From assembly GCA_051362555.1 (NCBI GenBank), contig CM120640.1, positions 60,242,788 through 60,306,787 of the forward strand: 64,000 nt of DNA, written 5' to 3'. Position 1 is the first letter of the stretch; each line of letters starts with the position of its first letter. Positions 25,657 through 38,300 of this stretch are shown here, piece by piece. The notes beneath the pieces are model-generated. The model ran no database searches. It saw only the letters and a program-made list of their open reading frames with translations, and was not told where the DNA came from. The translations under genes were made by a program, and so were the position numbers. The stretch comes from Lingula anatina (lineage: Eukaryota; Animalia; Brachiopoda).

Positions 25657-28600
25657 ATGGCGAAGACCATGCCCGTGTTCAGATACTCGGTGAGTGGGGA
25701 AGAAGAAGTAGATAGCTACACGGCGTCCATCGAACTGTCCAACACATGCAGACAAGTGTATCTGGAAAGGAGGAAGAACGCAGACATAGCCAGAAAGAGA
25801 CTGAATCTTGAACGAAATACAGACGAAAACTACAACAACAGAAAGAAGACTTCTATAGATCACAAAATGGAACTATTGCGCAAAGAAATGGTAAGTTTTC
25901 TGCTCATGAGAGAAACCCATTACACGATTACAGTAGTCGACTTTATTCAGAATACGAAACATCGTTCAAAAATTTTCCCCCCGCAGTGTAATTGTTATAT
26001 CATGCCAAAAATATTTCGAAACAAAAATGAAACGTCTCAATATCCCCCGAAGCTTATCTAGCCGGAGTTCTCGTGTTCCTGATTAAGTCGACAAAAATGT
26101 AAATAATTCGATTGTAAACGGAAACCGAACATTTGTGTGGAATTCTTTCTTGTGGAACTGCGGTCATGCGTTGTGAATTAGTACAATAAAAAGCCATGGC
26201 AAAAGTGTCGCGGTTTTGTTATGGAAGAAGGGATGGTATCTCGGCGGAACTTGACCGGTGTACATTTGTCATCTGCCATAACATCTTATCTTCTGATACA
26301 CCACAAATTAGTAGTTATTTCTTTGCTATCACAATACAAAACACCCCGTCACGTTATGCTGTACAAGTCACGTTTCGGTTAAGCAAGCGGGTAAATTCCA
26401 TTTATTAATATGAGTCATGCGCGCTATTATCCACGTACGCATGTCGTTTGAAGGGCATTGTTTTGGCAACATTAGTTAAGAAACGAGAATTTACAACCCG
26501 CCTGACAGACTGGTGAGCATACTAGTTTAGCCGTTTGAGTTAGGAACACAAGTCTGGCTTGACATTGTGACATGGTTAATTTGCCCGTGGATATATCTTT
26601 GTCTTTTGTATTTTGGCCGTAAAGAAGTACATTGGCTCCCGTTTAAACGTCGGCACCACAAGTCTGCTTGATCTGTCTTGTGTTTTGACTTGTTCGTTTT
26701 AACTCTGGCCAGCTGCCACGATACCTGGGGTTGTTGATTTACTATAACGAAGAGGCATTGTGTGTGTCATTTCGTGTCACAAATTAAGATAAACACTGGC
26801 AGGTGTAAATATACAAAGGTTGTGGCAGAAATGAAGTGACCATCTTGCGTCATTTTTATTACCAGTAAGTTAATAATTGAACCTCTCAAGGGCGTCTACG
26901 CAAGTCTCCAGTCTGTCAATAATATGGTAATCTCTCTGATAACAGAGTAGACAAGGACAGGGCACCTTGTTTTGAAAGGTGTCAGGCGTCAGGTATGGCA
27001 GATTCACAAAACGCGTCTCTACGAAACACCAGAGCTAAAATAAGACACTTAAATTTACTTAATTATCAAACCACGCTTTCATAACCATAGCTGTCAGTTG
27101 CAGACAACAATCAATCCTGTGGTCATCTTCGTACCTCCTTGTTAAAGGTAATTGTTTCATTAGAAGCGTGAATCTCATGTCTGCTATGTGAGATCGGTAC
27201 TTCAGACAATCCCGTAGCACTTTTCTTAAAATACGCGAGTCACGAACATGAACTACCTCTGGCATTCAAACTGTACATACCTGTACGACTATGATGTAGT
27301 GGAAAAGAGAGGAATTGAGATAAGACGCAGAGGTAAAAAGCAATATATTCAATGTTTCCATATGTCTCAGATTCAATCATGACCCAATAGATGCATCGTG
27401 TTTATTGAACGATTTTAAATTTAGATAAGCAGATAAAACGGCGTTGGCGTCGAATCCTTTTCTACACAAAACGGACGTCTACAGACGAATTTCTGTCTTG
27501 GTGTATATTCTCACCAAACAAATTGAACAGGATGTTACGTGCTGGTATACGCACCTTGATATGGAACTCTATCTTACCCCTTTGAACCAGTGTTCGGCTG
27601 ATAGAACACATCGGAAGGATTACACCGCACAATCTCCATTAACCGCACCTTCTCGCCAAAACCAGTTAGGTTTTCGATTTTACTATCAACTTACGAAAAA
27701 TACAACTTCTATTTTGTAATTACATGATCCTTCAGCTATGAAAATAGAAAATTATTAAGCAATTAAGTGTCTTTTTTCTGTAATTACTTTTGAATGAATA
27801 TATACAATATTTTGGGGTATATGAAGGGAATTTAACATTCAGAAGTTACTATTGTGGTAAAAGAAAGTTTTATTGCACTGATATCAGCTCCTGGTGTGCG
27901 GTCATTCTCAGAAAAAAAGGTACCCGTGCACGTTTCTTGTTTTTGTTTTACGCATTAATGTCACTTAAATATCGCCAGAGCGTGGTCGATTTTCGACATA
28001 AAAGTTGCAGCTAGTTTTGTTTTCACGACATCTGTTCCCCCAATGTTCTACGGCTTTTGTTAAGAAGTAATTAAGATGGCGTTAAGCGTCCAGGTGCACG
28101 TTGACATACTGGCGGAGAGGTGATAATCGCACGTGTAACAGCTTGTAACCATCTCCGCCGTTAAATGTAGATAACGCCAGCGGTCGCTCATTAGAAGGCA
28201 AATCCCGCGAAAATCACGATCATCTTTCCTTTAGGTATGGATAATTACCAAACACTTCGTCAGGGTGCAGAGAATCTATTTTCTTTCACTGGTTTCATAT
28301 TTGTCTCGTTATATTTCCACTTTTCGTATATATTTAATTTACGAGCTAGTGTAATGGTTGAGCTTTCAATAAACTTCCGCTAAACACCGAATATTGATTA
28401 AGAAACACGCCGTACGATTAATAATATTTACTTTAACTTGGCGGCAACCCAAACATGACCGAAGCTCACAGGTCAGTTATCTTAGAACGGAAGATCAAAA
28501 GTGCTTCTACTATAGTGTGGTGCAGCATTTTAATAAAATCCCCTTTTGTTGATAAGATCGTCGATGCAATTGTTTTTTTTTCACATGAAGGAGCAGGCAA

Positions 28601-29857
28601 ATTTACGGTATTTTGCGATTTGACAATTCAAATGCGAGAGAAATAGTGTGGCTGACTAGAATAAGCAGCTTTGGAAACAATTCAAAGACGGGAAATAAAA
28701 CGGACATAGTACTATTTTATCTATTTCATGTAATTCCTCAAAATTAAATAAATGTGATTTAGTATGATGCAAGGTGACAGAGAATCGAGCTAAAGTGTGT
28801 TTTATGTTAGCAAATGTCTGGACTACCTGGAGAAGAAAGTTGGGAACGGCGTTCATATGTCACTTCATAAAAAAATAAATGTTGAGAAAACTGTATATAT
28901 AAAAAAAGTCCTTGATTATACAAATGCGACCTTTTGTTGCAGGCAAGTTCTTATGGAAAAACTGACTCCTGCGGCTTTTATTCATCTACGTTTTTTAATG
29001 GAGACGTTGCGTTTTTTGCATTGCATCAAAATGGTCTCACATATTGTAATGAGTTTTTGTCATGATTCTTTTTCGCTGAGTGTTTGAAATACGATACAGG
29101 ACTCAGGATTAGAGACGTCCGATTATTTTTCTTTTACACGCGACACTCGTTATAAAAATACTCCCGGCGTCAAAACGTATGCTTAATCTAAAAGGCGATA
29201 TTACAAGGTATTTTATCTGATCGCTCGTATAAAAGGGCGGTTGGTCTTTTATTCTTTGTTATCAATTCAGGCGACTCATCTTTAGCAATAGAAAAAGAGT
29301 TATATTTAAAGTCATTCAAAAGGTAAACTCTGCTCTTCATATTCACTCTTTGTTTCTTTAGAAATATTATACTGATTTTCTTGTTTCTCTTTTTTCAGTC
29401 TTCCTTGATAGATCAGGACTTGGCACTGATGAAGCAGCTGCTTACACTGAACGAAACAATAGAGGACTTGAAATGGCAAAGACGCTACGCATCCAAAAAT
29501 TCTTTTGACTCAAGTAGTTATCTTGTAGACGTTAGCTGCTCCTGCGAGGACTTGAACGAAACTGAAGACTTAGACGAGGACGACTGGCAACTTAGTGCCT
29601 CTTCACCGCCTTGTCTTTCCCTCGTGAAAAACTCACGCACTAAAAATGTCCTCCTTGCTAAAGCGGAGAACGTTTCTTCAAAAACTTCTTGCTCAGTGCA
29701 CGCTAAGAAAGACTCTGTATCTAAAAGTGAAGACAAGTCCAGGAAGCATGCAGACAGTGACCTCCGCTCCAGTTCAGTGAGCCTCAAGACATCTCACGGA
29801 GAACAGAGTTCGGTGGATTCCGGGATTCACGAGCCAGACACTGTGAGTGTCGCTTAG
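25657..29857 (+). CDS. Leucine-rich adaptor protein (LURAP1/FAM89 family). Exons 25657-25890, 29399-29857
   Basis: The spliced IDHKMELLRKEM|SSLIDQDLALMKQLLTLNETIEDLKWQ is the LURAP-domain coiled coil. It is closer to LURAP1 (QQLVTLNEGIEAVRW, from memory) than to FAM89. The intron is phase-0 GTAAG...TTTCAG, followed by an acidic Ser-rich tail. Confidence 0.8.
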
Positions 29858-31016
29858 CGTTTGTTCGCGGAGACCTTATTTATTCGAGGCGCCTGTTATA
29901 ATGCGGTATATAACAGAGGCAAGGGCAGTGTAAACGAAATATATTGATATTTCGTCAAAATGATAATCTACCAGACAAATCACCATATAACTATTGGCCT
30001 GTACTGACTCCGAATTTGTTGTTGTGTTTAAAATGCTCAAACATTTTTGAAGACGCTCATGATATTTGATGTCAAACAAATGCGTCACGTTATGACAGCA
30101 ATAACTCAGCAGTTTCGAATGAAAGCTCAAAATGTGTATTTTGTACAATTTGTATATACTGTTGAATATTAAATATTGATAAATTTGAAAGATCTGTTTC
30201 CATTATTGCTTGCATATTTGGGGAAGGAGGACCCTTAGGTGTTAAGGGAGAAAAGGCAAATTCTACCATGCCAAAAAGATCGAAGTAGTAATTTAATATA
30301 CTGACAGTCAATGAAAACTCATCAGAAAACTTTCTTGTACTTTTTTACCGAGAATCGATTCCAACCATATAAACGAGTACAAATGCACTTGTTTGGTCAG
30401 AAGACAGTGGGATGACCACTATTTCATATTTCAAATATTTCACACGAAAACTTATTTTCTTAATGTGCCAAAGGAACTTAAAATATTATTTGATAAATGA
30501 ATGATGCGTTTTCTTTGACTGTCAGTATATTAATAGAGATTTTTATAAATCCAGTTTCATTTATCAATTAAAATGTTATTCAATATACAAATTTTCGCTA
30601 TAGTGAGACCAATTAAAACTGATTAAAGGTATACTGTACGCGTTTTATAACTTCCCAAAGTCACATTTTCTATGTCTACATATCCTTCAAATCAACTGAA
30701 TTTTTCCAATTCAGACCTATACAGCCTCTCAAATAGTTCCGTATGAAATGCACAGGAAAACATGGGGTTTAAATGACTGGCCCTGTCATTAGAACTAAAC
30801 CATTCAATTGGAAATGATATGCAAAATTAAATCCAAGTACAGGGAGGGGTCGAACAAAGGTTTTCCCGAAGAAAACTCATTTTGGCGTGTATATCCCGTA
30901 TAGAGTGCCTTAAAGAAAGGTATACGGCACAATGCACACTCTGCTCATCTGACACACTTAAAGTATTTTAAGGAGAACGTCTCAACTAATGCAACTTTCC
31001 ATTCAGTAACGACTGT

Positions 31017-32890
31017 TTATGTCCTATTCAAATCATTCAAGACCGCCTTCATCCCGGTCTGATGGCGCTGCAGATCATATGCATTTGAGGCTAAATGTCC
31101 TTGCAGGCTACGTTCAGGATTGAAGCGCGCAGACTTATAGAATAAATTTTGTTGACGCTGAAACTTTGGTACAACATCAGACAGATCATCATCATCGCGA
31201 GGGTTTCGATATTTTTCAGCACTGACAATGTCAGGCTCTCTCGATTGCTGCTGGTGCAATGCAGCATGTGTTTGTAAATTTTGGCTGCGGTAACTTGGTT
31301 TACGCTGAAAATTTGATTTCGGTTGGTCAACAAGTCCACCTTTCTCCAACTGTCGGGGTAAGCTTCTGTATTCACCCTCGAGCTGGCGTCCTATGCCATG
31401 CTGTGGCGCCGGACGGATATGTTTGTTTTGAGGAGAGGTTATCTTTGGGCGTGGTCGCTCTAAGGTTTGGGCCTTCCTCGGAGCTGCCACTGTGACCCTT
31501 GGGATGCCGTAGACGAGATAGGATAGCTTGTCCAGGGATGTTTTAACTGAGACTGGGTTGTAGGCCAAATCTAACACGGTCGTGGTAGCCTTAGCGCTCA
31601 TTTGTTTAGGTAAAGATTCCAGTGACAGGTCCTCTAACGGTCTGTGCGATATTAAGTACGTCGCTAACTGTTGGTTAACATCTTGTCTCCAGGACGCCCA
31701 CTCCCGAATATCCGCTGGCCCCTGACTGCCCACTTGGTGTAGGTGTGTCGTAAAAGTTCTTTCAACTGGCCGTACTGGCTTGGGCAGCACCTGGGGAGGT
31801 ATGGTCACAGCGTTCCTTGGCACACCATTTACCATGGGATTTTCTCTTGAAGGACGTCGTTGTAACTTGGGTCGTATCAATGACGGCGGCGGTGGAGGAG
31901 GAGGAGGAGGTGGAGGTGGCGGAGGGGGAGGCTGTGAAGCTGGAGGGCTAGAAGGCGGGGGTGGGGGAGGAGGAGGGGGTGGCGGTGGTGGTGGTGGTGG
32001 TGGAGGAGGTGGTGGCGGGGGTACCTTGGGTGATTGTGTGGACACAGTGTGGAGGGAAGCCTTAGCTTGTGATGGTAGAGCAGATGTTAATACGCGAGCT
32101 AGGGCCTGCTGGCCCTCGGGGACAACGGCAGCGTAAGGCTTATGACGGGGACGACAGACTTCATCTTCGGAACCTGTCATGCCTGTTTCTTGAACAAGTG
32201 GCTTTGCTGCCAATGCAGCGTTCTGTCGTTCCTCTTGTGCCTTCCTAGCCCGAGCCATTCGGTAGGTTCTTTTCCCCATACCATATTTGTGGCGCCATAT
32301 CGCAGATGAAACTATGGAGGCCCCGGAACCACTGAAAATAACCACTAGGCGTTTGAGAACTGCTTTATCAAAATTGTACTCAACCTACAATAGTTATTCT
32401 CATAATGATATTTTGACCAATAGACCTGCATTTCTCACTTCTAAATGTGATTAGAATACAGTATAGGTCACGCTTTTCTTCTTTATTTCATCAATAATCC
32501 GGATTTGAACGATTCTAAATGGTTAAAATTATATGAAACTACTGGCAGTTGGACATTTCGTCCTAGATCAACAAGGCACTACATATTGCGGTTAATTAAG
32601 TTATATAGGCCTATATCATATCATATCACACGTTATAAACCATGCTGTACATATTGTCATGTCAGGTGTTATAGAAAAGACCGTAGTACCAAATGTAAAA
32701 CTGACTCATCAACTACTATAGTGCTTTAGTTATCAATAGAAATAACATGATAAAATCAAAGATTATTTTATGCTGGCCGATGCAAATATAAAATCGCAAA
32801 TCTCTTCATTTTTTACCTTCTCGAGCTCCTCCGTTTTCTCTTTCTCTTTTGGTTTTTTTTCTTCTTCATTCTTGACTGATCAGATCCCAT
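31017..32890 (-). CDS. Uncharacterised protein, family member A: N-myristoylation-like and polybasic N-terminus, polyproline tract, WxxWR...GIPR domain. Exons 32817-32890, 31017-32331
   Basis: A 442-codon ORF. The upstream exon MGSDQSRMKKKKNQKRKRKRRSSR ends AG|GTAAAA (phase 2) and joins the acceptor TTTTCAG|T at 32331 in frame. Confidence 0.75.
31885..32021 (-). repeat. Coding (CCN)n polyproline repeat
   Basis: GGN triplet runs on the + strand encode two Pro tracts on the - strand. Confidence 0.9.
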
Positions 32891-34875
32891 CTTGAGCTGT
32901 CTGCGTCTTTTCTAAGGAAAGGACTTCCCCGCCGTAAGAAAATACATTTCATTGTTTGAGACAATATGTTCCGCGTGAATACAAAAACAAGACAAAGTGT
33001 ACCATGTGTCCGTGCAAAGACAAGACGAAATGTACCAAGCTGTCAAGCCACGCCTAGACAACATGTGTTGCTGTCGCTGTTAAGTGAATATACATTGACA
33101 CAAATCTGGGCACTAACTTGATGTTGGTACATGTAGGTACAATGTGTGCTGTATTTCTTACCCAGAGTGCGTCTTCCTATAATGAAAACTTAATATCAAG
33201 ATCTGATCGAGCAAAATCACATTTTGCCGCAATAAATCTTCGTTGCTTTATTACATTTGATCCCTTGGGGCGCATTTTAGGGCACTGTAAGGCTAACGTG
33301 AGACGTGCAGGCAGATCGACAAGACCATTGCGGCAGAGGCGTGCACTAGAAATCGACCTTGTACATTGTGCTAGACGACAGCTGAGTGATTAAACTAATT
33401 CTATGCAAAAATCCCCCCTTACAGTAAAAATAATTGTCATGAATTAGCCAGAGACAGCAAAAAATCAATCTGTGACCCTCAGAGAGGGTAGAATGACATC
33501 TACCCTTATCTGGGCCACAGACAGAATTAATTTTTACTAGATATTCATAGATCTTTCTCTAGTTATTCATAAGCCGTGTACCCTTCTCATCACTTTGGCG
33601 AGGATTCTTGCACAACAACCACATCATCACCCAACTGGTAGAAAATAAAACGACACCCGCAGGTAACGCTATATAATGATAACAAGTTCCCTTTAATATG
33701 ATTAAATTTAAGATTTAAGACATTATTTCAAAATCCAACAATAGAACAGAATAGTTTTAAACTGGAGTGACTTTTGTAATGTCCATTGGTATATTCATTG
33801 CTTAGGAAAAGAAATTATTAAGTTTTTCTACATATGTTAATGATATGTAAACAAATATTACCGCATAATGACTTATAAAATATGTAAACTGTTGAAAGAT
33901 AACATATCTAGACCAATAGACACGCTGACAGATTAGAGAAAGAAAATTAAACTTTTACAATTTCATTTCAGCGTTCAGACGGCGATGTTTCCACCTCGCC
34001 CACTTGCACATAAAATCTACGCCCCGATAGTATTGGAACTGAAGCCAGTTTTTTTTTATTTATTGGTATATACACCTTCAGAATGTGAGGATAAACATAA
34101 ACCAAAAACTTAAAATAACAATTATATTTTATAACCATATAAACAATTGCTTTATTGAAAATAAATAATTTTGTTCCTTTAATTGACACCTTTAAATACA
34201 ACTGTTGAGTGGTATTATAATGTATGATAAGTGTATTATAAGACTAGCTAATGTCCTTTTTTTCGAGATTTTTTAACCCAAACAGCCGTCACTTTATACT
34301 CTCTGAAAGTATCGAGATTATTTTTTCTTCATTGAGTGAAATAAATTATTTTGAAAGATTCGTCTGGTCAACGTGCCTAACGAAAAAACGTAGGTATGTT
34401 CGTTTCTTAAACAAGGTGATCATGTGATCTTACAGATTTCACTTGACAAATGTTTTGTAAAAACTGGCAATGCCATGTGCCCGTTTTCATTTCTTCGTTT
34501 TTATTAGAGACATAGACTGCTTTTTTTAAATAATTTTCGCGTAAGTGCGCAGTTACTTAGTTCCCCTAGTCACACGATTTAGAGTGATATCAATATATAT
34601 TCTACCGAACCAAGCAGCGATTTGTGCAGAAGCAAGAAGCACTGGGTGAGTATTAAAAGCATTTCTATGAAAAGGACAAAAAACGGCTATTGTTCGGATT
34701 ACTGGCAGGAAGTGATGTAAATAGGTATGCGCATGAAATGTAATGAAAATAATATTTTAAAATTGTTACTTTTCTGCCATAGTTTGGGCACCATTATTGC
34801 CTCGAAACACTAGTCCATTTCGTTTCACATTGTGTGCAGATAGTATTATTGCTGGCGACACTGTACACAGAGAAG

Positions 34876-35457
34876 CTATTTCCGCGTTAAGTCCTCCCAT
34901 CCGTCATTGATACCGGGCTTCCCCCGGGGTTCAGCGTAGTTATAGTAGACGCCGTTCGGGCTTTCGGCAGGACGAGGCTGGGTCTGCCGCGTGAAGTTGT
35001 AATATTCATTCTCCATGGGTTCTGCGGGATCTCTGTATTCCTGTCTTGGACCGAACCCATTCGTCATGTCCATAGGACCAATGTCATTGTTTAGGTGCGG
35101 GGTAGGGACTGGTTTCGGAGGTTTATTGCCCAGTCTAACCCTGGGGATACCGTAATTAATGAACTCATCAGGGTACAGTACGGTACCATTATTAAAGGAG
35201 GTAGTGTAAAAGAAAATTGGTTTTCCGTGAAATTTCTGTGATCTTTTTGACGGTAGAAGTTGTTTTAAAGGAGGAAGTTCCGATGGGGTAACCGCTCCGT
35301 GATGCTGCATCAAATCGTCAATAATCCCGTCGTTCACTTGGGTCCGCCATGACACCCATTTGTGGAGAGGGGCGTGTTCGTTATTGACTTTCTTCTTCTC
35401 ACGTTGAACGTGCCCGTGGCCGTGTGGTCGGGGTGGAAGGTCTGGGGGATGATCCAT
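34876..35457 (-). CDS. Uncharacterised protein, family member B (WxxWR...GIPR domain), 193 aa
   Basis: An ATG-initiated, GC-richer ORF with an in-frame upstream stop. LHKWVSWRTQVN and FINYGIPRV are shared with both neighbours. Confidence 0.75.
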   Translation of the reverse strand: MDHPPDLPPRPHGHGHVQREKKKVNNEHAPLHKWVSWRTQVNDGIIDDLMQHHGAVTPSELPPLKQLLPSKRSQKFHGKPIFFYTTSFNNGTVLYPDEFINYGIPRVRLGNKPPKPVPTPHLNNDIGPMDMTNGFGPRQEYRDPAEPMENEYYNFTRQTQPRPAESPNGVYYNYAEPRGKPGINDGWEDLTRK

Positions 35458-37130
35458 ATGACACTCTCAACCTTAGAACCAGAATATGTTAATAATTGAT
35501 TAATATCACTATTCAAGACGTCATTCTTAGATAAAAAAAAAAAAAAGATGCGCGTGTGTAGGTAAATATTGAGCATTTCGAACATTGTTGTAGGCTTATG
35601 CCTTATTAGCAGGCCTTAGATTTTATCGCCCTTTTATAATACCTGTGTTTGTGAATTTTGACTTTCTTATTGCCAAGATTGATTCCAGATTTTTTCTATG
35701 CATCGTATGTACTGTGTATTTCCTCTGACCAAATCTTGGTTATAACTGCGTTACGACAAGTTACAAATATTTTTGGTATTTTGATCACAGTCTACACGGG
35801 CATAATATTGTCGATAATGTACGACCTTTGTGTGCAGGCAAGCGACATTTCATTGTGTTTTACTATGTGAGTGTAACGTAATTCAACACTGCTGAAGCGA
35901 GTGTGATAAGTAGTGCATGCAGGTTAACTTAATGCTTTAGGTGAAACACTCCCATCAATAATGGTTGATATTGGTCATAAGTCTGACGGTGAACTCTTTT
36001 TGAGCTCATGTACCCAACAGGATGCACGCAAATACCCTTTTAATTTTGCGTCTTTCCTAAATTTTCGTAAAAAATGCCCTCTTAACAAATTGACGATCCA
36101 CCACCCCACCCACCCACGGGCCGACAGGGCACAGCATCAGGAAACAATGCTATATGCATGGCCTTCAATAACAACACTCATCTTTAATACGGCTTGCAAA
36201 CACAAATGGCGTTCGATCATTTATGTATCAAAATGTGACAGTTACCCTTATGTTAGAAGCAAATCTTCACATGATTTTAACAATATCTTACCTACTATAG
36301 TACCAGTAGATATCCTCTCCCTACTTGTCAACTGGTATTGATTGTAAAATAACCACAATTGGTAGTAAACAGTCTTACAGAGAGGGTTTAACGCAGATCG
36401 CCGTCTAGATCATGGCTACTTTCAGGTGAGTATTCGATCTCTCACCACACCTTGAACACTGACCCAATTTGAATAACAATACAGTAGCGACATCTAGCGG
36501 GTAGAGCAACCATTGATTGGATTATAAAGGTGTGCAGAATACTGCATGAGGGCAAGATTATGACCAACAGGACAAAGTATCGCGGGAATTCTCGATACTT
36601 AAACACAGGAATGAGCTATTCTTTATTTTTTTAGCTTTTTCATGCTATGTCATGCCGATTTGAATCGCACGACAAACATTTTTCTTTTTTAAAAAATTAA
36701 TACAATAGCTCAATAATTAGCGTAGAGTCCGTATAAATTGCATTATCATAAATGGCTACAGAAACTTGAAATTCCTTATTACATAGGTTTAATCCTAAAA
36801 AATAACAAATAAGAATGTGCGGTAACAAACAATAACTTATACTGAGTGTGCAGTCAAATTTCTAACGATATTTTTATCAAAAGAAAGAAGACCCCGTTGG
36901 CTGGTTTTAATTGCTGAACTTTCAACGGGAACATGTGATCTTTTTTACTTTAGATTTTTTTCTCCTTTCTTTTTCATTTCTAATTTTATACTTTGAAACG
37001 AGTAATGCATTGTAAACAAAATAATATGGATGACAATAGCTGCTAAAGTAGACTTTTCTCTTATTTCCAATAACAGGCCCCATGTCCACAGTGGTTTTTC
37101 GTGACTGTCTTTAACGTGCAACAAATGGTT

Positions 37131-37710
37131 TTACCAGAACTGTGCTGTCACTGTGATAGAGTCGGTTTCCCTGTTTTCGTCGTAAAACAAGGGGTTAGTT
37201 GGCCGTTGTAATAGGTGAAGAGGACGTGTGTATAACCGTTCACATTCCAGTAGGACTTCCTCAGCGATAAGATCCGGGGTCGAGTCTTCACTGTCGGGTA
37301 CAGGACTAGGGGATGATAGTTCCTCTTCGGGGATGGATGGAGTGGGGCGTCTCTTGAGACGCGTCCCTTCGAAATTCGCAGAACTTGGCGCTGAAGTGGG
37401 ACGCTGCACCTTTGCTCTTGGGATACCAAAGCTGACATATGTCTCGGCATCTAAATTTATATCTGTCCTTTCAGGGAAATCCGCCACTGCGTAATGAAGC
37501 GCGAAATCACAAGTGTTTGAATCAATAAAAACCGTAGGTTCCGTCTCGGGTGTGAACTTGCTTTGGAGGAAGGGGTCTAAGGCTAGATCTATGAGTCCGT
37601 GATTCAGGCGAGTCCGCCATGCCGTCCACCTACGTAAACCTATAGGTTTATCCAAGGGCAGAGCGCTGAACGCCATCTCATTTGACATCTCAGTTCGCCG
37701 ATTGTTCACT
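37131..37710 (-). CDS. Uncharacterised protein, family member C (WxxWR...GIPR domain). Possible upstream exon 37780-37829, otherwise start at ATG 37689
   Basis: A 192-codon ORF containing LRRWTAWRTRLN and YVSFGIPRA. The acceptor TCTTTCAG at 37711 is phase 2, as in member A. Confidence 0.72.
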
Positions 37711-38074
37711 CTGAAAGATAACCACGATTCAAGATGAACACACTAAATACTAAAAGGTCTGATATTGTTTTTGTTTTACCTTACCTGAACGCTGAAATAG
37801 AGCACAAAAAGGACATATCTTAATGGCATAACAAAGTGAGCAAGAGACAGTTTGACACCTCTGGCTAACTTTGCAACACTATGTCGTTCAGCACCTCATC
37901 CTCTCAGTCTGTAAACTACATAATCGATGGAATTTCAGTCAATTTTAAATGTGATATCCATTTTTGACTTTAGCCTACAAAACTCATCTTTCTCTATTCG
38001 TACCTTAAAGACGACAAACTCCCTCGACCGAAATTACCCGATGTCAATATTAAAATGTCAAGAAGAGTCTAAGA

Positions 38075-38300
38075 CTGGGTTCCCATACCTAGATCGATCT
38101 AACAGGGATCGATATATCTCCAAGGGGATTCTCGCTAATTTGCTTTCAGCTGAAGTGACTTAAATGTCTGTCACGCCTACTTAGCTACCAGGGGGTAATT
38201 AATTATCGTTTAGCAGCTTCAGTAGGCGTGCCAGACATCTAAGCCACTTAAGCTGAAAGCAATTAAGCGAGAAACCCCTTAGAGATGGATTGATCCACAG
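38075..38300. mobile_element. Palindromic MITE-like element
   Basis: A long fold-back: AAGGGGATTCTCGCTAATTTGCTTTCAGCT..TGTCTGTCACGCCTACT pairs with AGTAGGCGTGCCAGACA..AGCTGAAAGCAATTAAGCGAGAAACCCCTT. Confidence 0.65.

Noticed and set aside
31780-32136. Poly-Gly ORF on the + strand
   Set aside because: It is the antisense shadow of the polyproline tract of the longer minus-strand gene.
31017-32345. Formin/WASP call for the polyproline protein
   Set aside because: No FH2, WH1 or WH2/VCA domain is recognisable.
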